Of a stretch of 64,000 nucleotides of DNA, positions 13,540 to 26,300 are shown in pieces. The notes under the pieces were generated by a model that was not told the DNA's origin, made no database searches, and saw only the letters and a list, made by a program, of their open reading frames with translations. The translations under genes and the position numbers were made by a program. Location of the stretch: assembly GCA_053919585.1 (NCBI GenBank), contig CM132793.1; one strand, written 5' to 3'. Numbering within the stretch: the stretch's first letter is position 1; every line of letters begins with the position of its first letter. The stretch comes from Euprymna scolopes (Eukaryota).

Positions 13540-13598
13540 CCGGAAGTAACATTAAACAACAGCGGTCGTTTAATCCATCCATGTGTCGCCATGGAAAC
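13540..13598. promoter_or_regulatory. ETS site plus RFX X-box
   Basis: CCGGAAGT at 13540-13547 and GTCGCCATGGAAAC at 13585-13598. Confidence 0.45.
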
Positions 13599-13842
13599 AG
13601 CGCTAAACTGGAAATATTGTTATATTCAGAATTTAATATTGAATTTATTTCGATCTTTCTATTAGGATTGTTTTCTGTATGTTTCTATAAAATCTAGTGA
13701 TCTTGTATTTTGTATTTATTAATATATAATGGTTTCTTAGTTTATTTATTGCGGACTATTAGCCTCATCTTTTTTAGTTGTTGTTTTCACGACGTGCGCG
13801 TGTGTGTGTATGTGTTCGTGCGCGCGTCTATATCAATATATA

Positions 13843-13907
<65 letters not shown>

Positions 13908-13911
<4 letters not shown>

Positions 13912-14340
13912 TTAACCTGATAGGCCCTGAACTGACATCTAAGCTTCAGCCTCTGTCCCATCGACGAAATGTTGCATTCCTCTGCCTTTTCTACAAGTAT
14001 TTTAGTGGTGAATGCTCTGACGAACTGCAATCACTTGTGCCTCCACGACGTGAGCACCCTCGACAAACCCGACAGGCTGCTAAATCCCACTCCCACACTG
14101 TAGAGATCCCTAGATGTAAAAGATCTTTTTACTCCAATAGTTTCTTCCCCAGAACCGCTAGACTCTGGAATTCCATTCCAGGTCCCTGCTTCCCCAACAG
14201 TACTGACGTACAGAAGTTCAAGTGTAACGTGAACCGACATCTTGCTGCCCAAATCCCTACATAGTACCCCAGTAGTTGTTGCCCCTGATAGTAGCTCCCT
14301 ACACCAAAGTGGCAATTTGCCTTGTTTGGGGTGAAAATGT

Positions 14341-14344
<4 letters not shown>
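13908..14344 (+). mobile_element. 5'-truncated CR1/L2-group LINE 3' end inside a (TA)n tract
   Basis: Stop-free C-terminal ORF2 peptide [28 protein letters not shown]...SFFPRTARLWNS...FKCNVNRHL, then a short 3' UTR. (TA)n on both sides (13849-13907 and 14345-14409). Confidence 0.9.
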
Positions 14345-14411
<67 letters not shown>

Positions 14412-15123
14412 CATAAACAAAGAAAAAAAAAAGCTCCGCAATACATTACACTTACAGTTATTATGTTTCAGATAGCAACTATTGTATTTCACTATTTTGA
14501 CACACACTAAATAGGATTATAGTTCTCAGCGTCTCAAAAATGTTCTTGTAGCTTATTTTCAAGGTTGACATAGCCAACGTCAAATCGCTGTAAACCTCGG
14601 GATTTAACTTTTCACTATTAAACGAGTGATTGTGTAATAAATCAGCGATGGAAAGTAATCGATATTATCTAGCATAGGTTTATCAGAACTCTATGACAGC
14701 AACCTTAATGCTAATAAGTACATTATATTTACTTTNNNNNNNNNNNNNNNNNNNNNNNNNNNNNNNNNNNNNNNNNNNNNNNNNNNNNNNNNNNNNNNNN
14801 NNNNNNNNNNNNNNNNNNNNNNNNNNNNNNNNNNNNNNNNNNNNNNNNNNNNNNNNNNNNNNNNNNNNNNNNNNNNNNNNNNNNNNNNNNNNNNNNNNNN
14901 NNNNNNNNNNNNNNNNNNNNNNNNNNNNNNNNNNNNNNNNNNNNNNNNNNNNNNNNNNNNNNNNNNNNNNNNNNNNNNNNNNNNNNNNNNNNNNNNNNNN
15001 NNNNNNNNNNNNNNNNNNNNNNNNNNNNNNNNNNNNNNNNNNNNNNTTAATTAGGCGTTATTATTCCCTTTTCCAATATAACATATCGACGTCATTTTGT
15101 AAGAACGACGGGCGCATTCAACT

Positions 15124-15124
<1 letters not shown>

Positions 15125-15189
<65 letters not shown>
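15125..15189. repeat. (AG)n microsatellite
   Basis: Visible directly in the sequence. Confidence 0.95.
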
Positions 15190-15192
<3 letters not shown>

Positions 15193-15828
15193 GATGAAGT
15201 TGTGAGTTGCATGCGACGTAGCATGTGGTTACCATAACAACAATGGTTGTCAGATATGACGAAATGGCGCGAGGGTACTAAACTATAAGTCTTCAGCTTC
15301 TCTTTCTTTTTCTGTTTTGGTCTTCATTCTGTTGCTACTGCTGTTTCTGATTCCGGCTAATTCCGTTGCAGAGTCAAGTGGATTCAGAAAGATTTTTCCG
15401 TATGAGTTGTTACTCATCGATCATCATTTTACACTAAAGAAGAAAAAGAAGGAGGGGGAGATTGGAGAGGGAGCGGGTGGTAATTTTTCAGAATGTTAAG
15501 TTTTCCAAAAATAAACCTTCTCAAAAGAAAATACCCGGTCAATATTTATTAGTAGCTTTACTTATATAACAGTTTTTTTTTTTAATCAAAACATCTCGTT
15601 TACTAATTGGATCACGTGACGTTCAACTTGCATAACAAATTGAACAGTAAAGCTGAATAATTACGAAGTAAAATTATATAATCTAAAAATATTTCTATTT
15701 AATCGCGCGGTTTGCACAGGGAGCGCCTACTTACTTGCTTCCCCACGAGGGTAGAATTAGACACAGGGTAAATTTTCCATATGAGGGAATCCGGCTCTCT
15801 AAAAGAATATTACTTTAGATTCAGACCA

Positions 15829-15840
15829 AAATAATAATAA

Positions 15841-15877
<37 letters not shown>
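15829..15877. repeat. (AAT)n(AAG)n microsatellite
   Basis: Visible directly in the sequence. Confidence 0.9.
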
Positions 15878-15878
<1 letters not shown>

Positions 15879-16136
15879 CTATAATCACTCTAGAATTTCT
15901 TCTACACTAAACGAATACAGAAAGATTGAGTATAGTATTTAAAAGATGATACTGCACTTTGCTCCGTCAAGCCACTTCCGAAAAGTGAATTGCAGCGAAT
16001 TGACGTCTCCGAGTACGGTCAAAAAGTGCAGAGACGCCGAAGTTATCAGTCCGGAACGATGGAAAAGTGTCCGAACATAGACACGATGATATCTGGCTGC
16101 TGACACAGAGCACAGAGTCACACACCGATCATTATC

Positions 16137-16500
16137 ACAGATAACAAATATATTCAACATTTTTATGAAGTCATAAGAAATATGGATCACATCTTTGTAA
16201 GGACATGTGCAATATTTTCATGGCGAAATAAAAAATATAGCCAATATTTCTATTATGACATAAGAAATAGGCAGGATTTTTTAAGGACATAGAAAAATCA
16301 GTAACATTTTAGAACAACATAACCAATATTACCACCACTTTCATAACGATATAATAACCATGTTCATAATTTCTATAAGTATAGAAAAAATTTTACTAGG
16401 ACATAACAAATATGACGAACGATTTTTCCATGATAAAAATAAATACGGCTAACATTTGAATAAGGACATAACAAATATAGGAAACATTAAAAAAATAATT
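16137..16500. repeat. Old degenerate ~30-32 bp minisatellite
   Basis: Recurring (gga)cataa(c/g)aaatat...catttt motif at roughly 30-bp spacing. Confidence 0.6.
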
Positions 16501-17154
16501 CAGATAATACATTTGAATAGATAAATAACTGATCAATATTACATCGAGTTGCCGTCTTTCCTTCAAGCATTAAAATTTCACAATTGTTTCATTGTGTTTT
16601 TGCCCATTTTGCTTTTTATAATGAAAATCACCTCAAAATAAAAAGTTTCCATCGCTGAAGCAGTACAAGCAATTTTTGTCCAATCAGAATTGCAATTGAG
16701 AACATTTTTACTGGAGTTTAGTACCGAGTCTCTTTTGACCTGGAATTTAAGCCATGGTTGTTATTAAGTGAAAATGACACATTCTTGTGAGGATGTGGAC
16801 AATCAGTCCAACCCGCCCTATTAACCCTACCCCTAACCCTAACCCCACTTTATTAATCGTTTACGCACAAAAATGCAATTCATCGCCGCAGAACAAAATT
16901 GTCATTTGGAACAATTCATTAATACCCGAACCGTGCCTAAACAATGATTCCGACCTTATAACATTGACATGTTATATATGGTCAAATTTGTTTTGAAGAC
17001 GTTTAACTTAATTTGAACTTTACTTTTTCAATTTTGTTTTTATTTCATATTATTTCTACTTCTGTTTAGTTCTTTATTTGTTTTCATATTATTATTTTTA
17101 CTAGTAGGGCTACAGTAGGGGGAAAATTGTAACATATTTCTATTAAAAATAGAT

Positions 17155-17243
17155 GTAAGAAAATTATCAAAAAAAAAACTGGAACAGAATGTTCAGTGTT
17201 GCCATTCAACTATTAGAACTATTTAAATAACATCACTTTATAT
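17155..17243 (+). mobile_element. Short Tc1 transposase fragment, same family as 22715-22805
   Basis: gtaagaaaattatcaaaa...cagaatgttca.tgtt...caactattagaa.ctatttaaataa is shared with the HTH region of the Tc1 copy at 22.7 kb. Confidence 0.65.
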
Positions 17244-17244
17244 A

Positions 17245-17247
<3 letters not shown>

Positions 17248-17316
<69 letters not shown>
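17248..17316. repeat. (CT)n microsatellite
   Basis: Visible directly in the sequence. Confidence 0.95.
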
Positions 17317-17779
17317 CCTTCTTTCTCCTCCATTTGGTTCATCTATCTCCAATCGGACACACACACAAATACAGACAGAAAACTTTGCTTTATCCTATTA
17401 TAAATTTATCGTACTGTGTGCACGCGCGCGCGTGTGTGTGTGACGAGGTTTGTCTCAGCCTACAGGCAATCCACCCAGGCAAGTTAGGTACCAAAACGAA
17501 GCTTATGACCCAGCGGATGTTTTAATGATATTTATGTCCATGTTTTGTGTATGGAAATGCAAAAAAAATAAAATAAAATAAAATAACGATTTACTAAACA
17601 ACGTTTTATTTACTGGATATTTTTCCGGTATTCATAGGAAGTTATTATCTCCCTAAGTTAATTCGATTTACTGTGTGTGTATGTTATTCCTAGAAGTATT
17701 GTCATCATTTTCTTTACAAATTCGTACACAGTAGCATTGAAAATAGCTGCAAAATTCGTTGCTTCGAATGAATGGATAT

Positions 17780-20075
17780 AATATCCACATACATACATAT
17801 ATAATGTGGACATACACATGCGTATACATACACGTATATAATATAAAACATACATACACACATATAATATGCGCATACATATTACATATAATGTGCACAT
17901 ACATACCTACATAAAATATAAAACATACATACTTCGATATAATATAAACATACACACATATTTGTGTATGTATATGCATATTCTATATGTGTATGTAATT
18001 GTACATTATATATTGGTATGTGTGTGTATATTATATGTTGTTATGTATGTGTATATTATATATTGGTTTGCATTGTATATATATGGATATGATGTGAATA
18101 TTATATGTAGGTATGTATGTATATAATATATGTAAGTATATGGGTGAATATATTTTGTGTGTATATATGTCAACATTATGTGTTGGTATGTCGGTGTATA
18201 TTATGTGTTTCTATGTATGTACATATTATATGCGTGTATCTATGTGTATACTATATGTGTGTATGTGTGTGTATATAATCTGTTAGTATTTGTACATTAC
18301 ATGTACGTATATAAGCATATATAATATGTAATTATGAATGTGTATATTATATGTTAGCATGTATGTGTATATTATTTGTGTGTATGTACGTGCATTTTTG
18401 TGTGTGTATTTTTATTTTATATTAGGTAGGTATGTTCATATTATATGTTGGTATGTATAATTATATTATATATAGGTATGTATGTGAATATTATATGTAG
18501 GTATGGATGTGTATATTTTATGTGTATATGTATGTGTATATTATTTACAGGTATATATGTTCATATTATATGTACGTATGTATATGTATATTATGTTTAG
18601 GTATTATGTGCATATTATATCTAGTTACGTATGTGCATATTCTCTGTGTGTATGTATGGGTATAATTGATAAAAGTATGTATGTGCATAGTATATGAGTG
18701 TATGTATGTGTATATTATGTTTGTATGTGCATATTATATGTATGTACATATGTGTATATTATATTTTGGTATTATGGTGTACATATGTGTATATTATATT
18801 TTGGTATTATGAATATATTATATGTAAGAATGTATGTGCATATTATGTGTACGTATGTGTATATAATATATAGGTACGTATGTGCATTTTATATATAGGT
18901 ATGTATGTGTATATTATATGTAGATGTGTATATGCATATTATATGTGTGTATGTATGTACATAATATGCGTTGGTATGTATATGCATATAATAATAATGG
19001 TTGTATGTATTTGTATATTATATATGTGTGTATGCACATATTATACATAGATAGGTATGTGCATATTTTATATAGGTATATGTGTACGTTATATGCATGT
19101 ATGTGTATATTGTATTGTGCATGTATGCGCATATTATATGTGGGTATGTATGTGTATATTATCTGTTAGTATGTATAAGCATATTATATGCATGTGCATA
19201 TGACATGTGGGCATTATGTGCATATAATTTGTTTGTATATATTGCATATTAAAAATAGGTATGTATGTGCATACTATATGTACGTATGTATGTGCATATT
19301 ATATGTAGGTATATATGTGTATATTATATATAGGTATATATGTGTATATCATATGTTGGCATATTTCTACGTATTATATGTAGGTATATATGTGCATGTT
19401 ATATGTAGGTATATATGTGTATATTATATGTAGATATGTATGTGAATATTATATGTTGGCATATTTCTACGTATTATATGTAGGTATGTATGTGTATATT
19501 ATATGTAGATATGTATGTGAATATTATATGTTGGCATATTTCTACGTATTATATGTAGGTATGTATGTGTATATTATATGTAGGTATTGATGTGCACATT
19601 ATCTGTTCGTATGTTTCTATATATCATATGTAGGTATGTATGTGCATATCATATATATATATTAATGTGCATATTATGTGTTGGTATCTATGTTTATGTT
19701 ATATGTTGCTACGTATGTGCATATTGTATGTAGGTATTGATGTGCATATTATACGTTGGTATGTATTGACATATTATATGGTGGAATGTATGTACATATT
19801 ATATGTTGGTATGTATTTGCATATTATATGTAGGTGTGTATTTAGATATAATATGTAGGTATATGTGTGCATTTTATTTGTAGTTATGTTGGTAAATAAG
19901 TGCATATTATCTGTAAGCATATATGTGCAAATTATATGTTGGTATGTATGTGCATATTATGTATTAGTCTGTACATGCATAATATATGTTAGTACGTACG
20001 TGTATATTTCATGTAGGTATATATATGCTTATTATACGTAGGTATGTATGTGCATTTTATATGTGTGTATGTGTA
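17780..20075. repeat. Degenerate ~25-bp TA/TG-rich minisatellite (consensus ~TATGTATGTGCATATTATATGTAGG)
   Basis: The variant atatgttggcatatttctacg recurs at 19351, 19451 and 19526 (multiples of 25). The first ~180 bp are in the opposite orientation. Confidence 0.85.
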
Positions 20076-22479
20076 AAATTCTTTACAGCAGTATAATTAT
20101 AAAAATTGTTGAAAATACGCTTAAAACCTTAGAAGCTATTAATATTAAAAAGGGCATATAAATAAAATTACATTGAATACACGCAAGAATATTCTGAATA
20201 TCTATTATTACAACTAATACCTGTGACATTTACATTAGTTGCAGAATTGTGTAATGAAAACATATGTCATTGTAGTAATAGAAAACTCTAAAATCATATA
20301 CTATACCTTCTCTAAATTCTAGCCCAGTCTATTTATACTAAACTAGTATTGAAATTGTTTTCGTCTTAAACTTTTTCCTATGCATGTTTTTGCGTAAGTA
20401 ATTAAGTTGTATATCCTAGAGTATATGCTTTATTTTTTAAATAATATTGATATTTATAACACATATAGACAAATTATAATGTTACAAGAGATTCTGATAT
20501 TTTTAAGTAAATGCTTTACGTATCAAAGGATCAAATATATAATGTCTGCTTAATTCAATATATGGCTGAACAATTCGACCAAATGCTTATGTTGTAAAGA
20601 AAAGACGATGTATTTGCTTGGCAGAATCCGCTGACCTTGTAAATTTGTTTGATTATCGAATTTTATTTTTCCAAAATGGCTGCTGTGTTGAACATATCAG
20701 CATGTCCTCCCAATCGTTAGAGAGAAAGAGTCAATACGCGAAAAGTAAGATGGAACATCATCGATAAAAGCCAACACAAGTTATATTGAGATGAGATGAG
20801 AAGTAATGAGACGAAAGATAAAAGTGCGAGAGTATACTGGAATGAAGAAGTACAGTTGGATATTTCTATAAAAAAACGGAGAGATATACAAATTGAAATA
20901 GAACAAATGAATAAGAAAGAAAAAGAAACGAAGAAGACATTAATCGAAAATGAAATCAGAAAGTAAAAATGAGAATTAATAATATAGAAACATATCCAAA
21001 ATATGTTTTTGATAAAAAGAAAGATAAAATCATAAAAATACACACATTACTCGTATAAAACGCACGAATATATGTGCATGTGTTTAAAAAGAAATTGTCA
21101 TCTATATTTTTATTAATAAAGATAAATTTATGCAAATTTTTAACTTTATATTAAAATTATTTTTTTAATATTGTATTAAATAAAATTCGTCGTGTGTAAC
21201 AATTATGTTCATTGTAACAAACACTTTTAGATAGTTTTATTTTTTTAAATGCACCTATAAAAGGCGATCAATTTGATTTGTGCATATAAAATCTAATACA
21301 AAATAATNNNNNNNNNNNNNNNNNNNNNNNNNNNNNNNNNNNNNNNNNNNNNNNNNNNNNNNNNNNNNNNNNNNNNNNNNNNNNNNNNNNNNNNNNNNNN
21401 NNNNNNNNNNNNNNNNNNNNNNNNNNNNNNNNNNNNNNNNNNNNNNNNNNNNNNNNNNNNNNNNNNNNNAATTATGTTCATTGTAATAAACAAGTTTAGA
21501 TAGTTTTATTTTTTAAATGCACCTATAAAAGGCGATCAATTTGATTTGTGCATATAAAATCTAATACAAAATAATAATAATNNNNNNNNNNNNNNNNNNN
21601 NNNNNNNNNNNNNNNNNNNNNNNNNNNNNNNNNNNNNNNNNNNNNNNNNNNNNNNNNNNNNNNNNNNNNNNNNNNNNNNNNNNNNNNNNNNNNNNNNNNN
21701 NNNNNNNNNNNNNNNNNNNNNNNATTATTATTTATATTATTATTANNNNNNNNNNNNNNNNNNNNNNNNNNNNNNNNNNNNNNNNNNNNNNNNNNNNNNN
21801 NNNNNNNNNNNNNNNNNNNNNNNNNNNNNNNNNNNNNNNNNNNNNNNNNNNNNNNNNNNNNNNNNNNNNNNNNNNNNNNNNNNNNNNNNNNNNNNNNNNN
21901 NNNNNNNNNNNNNNNNNNNNNNNNNNNNNNNNNNNNNNNNNNNNNNNNNNNNNNNNNNNNNNNNNNNNNNNNNNNNNNNNNNNNNNNNNNNNNNNNATTA
22001 TTATTATTATTTATATTATTATTTATATTATAATTATNNNNNNNNNNNNNNNNNNNNNNNNNNNNNNNNNNNNNNNNNNNNNNNNNNNNNNNNNNNNNNN
22101 NNNNNNNNNNNNNNNNNNNNNNNNNNNNNNNNNNNNNNNNNNNNNNNNNNNNNNNNNNNNNNNNNNNNNNNNNNNNNNNNNNNNNNNNNNNNNNNNNNNN
22201 NNNNNNNNNNNNNNNNNNNNNNNNNNNNNNNNNNNNNNNNNNNNNNNNNNNNNNNNNNNNNNNNNNNNNNNNNNNNNNNNNNNNNNNNNNNNNNNNNNNN
22301 NNNNNNNNNNNNNNNNNNNNNNNNNNNNNNNNNNNNNNNNNNNNNNNNNNNNNNNNNNNNNNNNNNNNNNNNNNNNNNNNNNNNNNNNNNNNNNNNNNNN
22401 NNNNNNNNNNNNNNNNNNNNNNNNNNNNNNNNNNNNNNNNNNNNNNNNNNNNNNNNNNNNNNNNNNNNNNNNNCAATAC

Positions 22480-23319
22480 TTAACATTATTCTGATTTAGT
22501 TAAAGGTAAAAGTATCTGCATTAAAACGACCAGAAAATCATTGAGAATTTTTTCAAGATTTCTAGAAATTCTATTTTCTATTGTTCAAAAAGTATAAGGA
22601 AAGATTAAAAATATGGCATCACCAGTCACTTAGGTGAAAATGTAAGAGCAAAAATCTGATAAGTAAAGAGGTATTTTTTAAACAAGGAAAGCTTTGCTGA
22701 TACTTTCTAATCATGTAAGAAAATTATCAAAAGAAACTAGAACGACAGAATGTTCAATGTTCCTGTCCAACTATTAGAAACTATTTAAATAATAGCAGTT
22801 TTATATTCGGCTTGAGGCCAACAAGAAATAGATAAAATGCCAGAGGATAAAATTAAAAACATGTGAATGTGGTGAATCGAAATTTAATTTCTATAATTCT
22901 GATGGAAACAAAGAAATATGGCAAAAGAAAGGTGACGAGCTAAATAAAATGAATGTTTGCGGAACTGTAAAATTTGAAAGAAGGTCTGTTATGTTTTTGT
23001 TGTTGTTGTTTTTGTTTTGTTTTTTTTGTTGTTGTTGTTCGTATTATGCTGTCGCATAATTAGTTTTTATATGGAAATGGAAGCAGCCGATTACGACAAC
23101 ATGCTAAGTTCTTCATTGTTTAATTTTGTTAGAAAATTAGCTACATTTTCCAGGACAACAACCCCAAAACACATTAGCAAAGCTTGCAAACAATTATTTT
23201 TAAAGAAAATTAGATAACCATTGGAAGATGTTCGGCATAACCACCGGATTCCAACTCCATAAAAAAATTGTGGTAATAATAAAATCGGAATTGGCATTAA
23301 AATGTTTTTAAAAAAAGAC
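22480..23319 (+). pseudogene. Tc1-type (DD34E-like) transposase pseudogene, 5' part
   Basis: HTH-like KSLRIFSRFLEILFSIVQKV and CPTIRNYL. GESKFNFYNSDGNKEIWQKKGDEL...TVKFERRSVMFL from 22871 (consensus SDESKF..SDG..VWR..TVKHGGGSVMVW). YIFQDNNPK-HISK at ~23142. CSA*PPDSNSIKKLW at 23229-23273 (consensus WPAQSPDLNPIENLW). Confidence 0.85.
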
Positions 23320-26300
23320 GACCTCAAAACATCCGACCTCAGAACAGCCAACCTCAGAATAGCCGACCTCAGAACAGCCGACCTCAGAACAGCCGACCTC
23401 AGAACAGCCAAGCTCAGAACAGCCAAGCTCAGAACAGCCAAGCTCAGAACAGCCGACCTCAAAACAGTCGACCTCAGAACAGCCGACCTCAGAACAGCCA
23501 AGCTCAGAACAGCCAAGCTCAGAACAGCCGACCTCAAAACAGTCGACCTCAGAACAGCCGAGCTCAAAACAGCCGAGCTCAGAACAGCCGACCTCAGAAC
23601 AGCCGACCTCAAAACAGCCGACCTCAAAACAGCTGACCTCAGAACAGCCGACCTCAAAACAGCCGACCTCAGACCAGCCGACCTCAGAACAGCCGACCTC
23701 AGAACAGCCGAGCTCAAAACAGCCGACCTCAGAACAGCCGACCTCAGAACAGCCGACCTCAGAACAGCCGACCTCAAAACAGCCGACCTCAGAACAGCCG
23801 ACCTCAAAACAGCCGACCTCAAAACAGCCGACCTCAAAACAGCCGACCTCAGACCAGCCAACCTCAGAACAGCCGACCTCAAAACAGCCGACCTCAGAAC
23901 AGCCGACCTCAGAACAGCCGACCTCAGAACAGCCGACCTCAAAACAGCCGACCTCAGAACAGCCGACCTCAGAACAGCCGACCTCAAAACAGCCGACCTC
24001 AGAACAGCCGACCTCAAAACAGCCGACCTCAGAACAGCCGACCTCAAAACAGCCGACCTCAAAACAGCCGACCTCAGAACAGCCGACCTCAGAACAGCCG
24101 ACCTCAAAACAGCCGACCTCAAAACAGCCGACCTCAGAACAGCCGACCTCAGAACAGCCGACCTCAAAACAGCCGACCTCAAAACAGCCGACCTCAGAAC
24201 AGCCGACCTCAACACAGCCGACCTCAGAACAGGCGACCTCAAAACAGCCGACCTCAGAACAGCCGACCTCAGAACAGCCGACCTCAAAACAGCCGACCTC
24301 AGAACAGTGACCTCAAAACAGCCGACCTCAGAACAGCCGACCTCAAAACAGCCGACCTCAGAACAGCCGACCTCAAAACAGCCGACCTCAGAACAGCCGA
24401 CCTCAGAACAACCGACCTCAAAACAGCTGACCTCAGAACAGCCGACCTCAAAACAGCCGACCTCAAAACAGCCGACCTCAAAACAGCCGACCTCAAAACA
24501 GCCGACCTCAGAACAGCCGACCTCAAAACAGCCGACCTCAGAACAGCCGACCTCAAAACAGCCGACCTCAGAACAGCCGACCTCAGAACAGCCGACCTCA
24601 AAACAGCCGACCTAAGAACAGCCGACCTCAAAACAGCCGACCTCAAAACAGCTGACCTCAGAACAGCCGACCTCAAAACAGCCGACCTCAGAACAGCCGA
24701 CCTCAGAACAGCCAACCTCAAAACAGCCGACCTCAGAACAGCCGACCTCAAAACAGCCGACCTCAGAACAGCCGACCTCAAAACAGCCGACCTCAAAACA
24801 GCCGACCTCAGACCAGCCAACCTCAAAACAGCCGACCTCAGAACAGCCGACCTCAAAACAGCCGACCTCAGAACAGCCGACCTCAGAACAGCCGACCTCA
24901 GAACAGCCGACCTCAAAACAGCCGACCTCAGAACAGCCGACCTCAGAACAGCCGACCTCAAAACAGCCGACCTCAGAACAGCCGACCTCAAAACAGCCGA
25001 CCTCAGAACAGCCGACCTCAAAACAGCCGACCTCAAAACAGCCGACCTCAGAACAGCCGACCTCAGAACAGCCGACCTCAAAACAGCCGACCTCAAAACA
25101 GCCGACCTCAGAACAGCCGACCTCAAAAAAGCCGACCTCAAAACAGCCGACCTCAGAACAGCCGACCTCAAAACAGCCGACCTCAGAACAGGCGACCTCA
25201 GAACAGCCGACCTCAGAACAGCCGACCTCAGAACAGCCGACCTCAAAACAGCCGACCTCAGAACAGTGACCTCAAAACAGCCGACCTCAGAACAGCTGAC
25301 CTCAAAACAGCCGACCTCAGAACAGCCGACCTCAAAACAGCCGACCTCAGAACAGCCGACCTCAGAACAACCGACCTCAAAACAGCTGACCTCAGAACAG
25401 CCGACCTCAAAACAGCCGACCTCAAAACAGCTGACCTCAGAACAGCCGACCTCAAAACAGCCGACCTAGAAACAGCCGACCTCAGACCAGCCGACCTCAA
25501 AACAGCCGACCTCAGAACAGCCGACCTCAAAACAGCCGACCTCAGAACAGCCGACCTCAGAACAGCCGACCTCAAAACAGCCGACCTAAGAACAGCCGAC
25601 CTCAAAACAGCCGACCTCAAAACAGCTGACCTCAGAACAGCCGACCTCAAAACAGCCGACCTCAGAACAGCCGACCTCAGAACAGCCAACCTCAAAACAG
25701 CCGACCTCAGAACAGCCGACCTCAAAACAGCCGACCTCAGAACAGCCGACCTCAAAACATCCGACCTCAGAACAGCCGACCTCAGAATAGCCGACCTCAA
25801 AACAGCCGACCTCAGAAGAGCCGCCCTCAGAACAGCCGACCTCAGAACAGCCAAGCTAAGAACAGCCAAGCTCAGAACAGCCGACCTCAAAACAGTCGAC
25901 CTCAGAACAGCCGACCTCAAAACAGCCGAGCTCAGAACAGCCGACCTCAGAACAGCCGACCTCAGAACAGCCGACCTCAAAACAGCCGACCTCAGAACAG
26001 CCGACCTCAAAACAGCCGACCTCAGAACAGCCGACCTCAGTACAGCCAACCTCAAAACAGCCGACCTCAGAACAGCCGACCTCAAAACAGCCGACCTCAG
26101 AACAGCCGACCTCAAAACAGCCGACCTCAGAACAGCTGACCTCAGAATAGCCGACCTCAAAACAGCCGACCTCAGAACAGCCGACCTCAAACCACCCGAC
26201 CTCAGAACAGCCAAGCTCAGAACAGCCAAGCTCAGAACAGCCGACCTCAAAACAGTCGACCTCAGAACAGCCGACCTCAGAACAGCTGACCTCAGAACAG

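Noticed and set aside
15936-16103. Possible coding exon (YLKDDTALCSVKPLPK...SGC*)
   Set aside because: No polypyrimidine acceptor and no recognisable homology.
16821-16847. Interstitial telomere (CCCTAA)n
   Set aside because: Only 3-4 imperfect units, common inside DNA-element remnants.
17658-19858. Tyr/Met/Cys/Val-rich ORFs
   Set aside because: Translations of the TA/TG minisatellite.
2923-22486. ORFs containing X runs
   Set aside because: Artefacts of N tracts and microsatellites.
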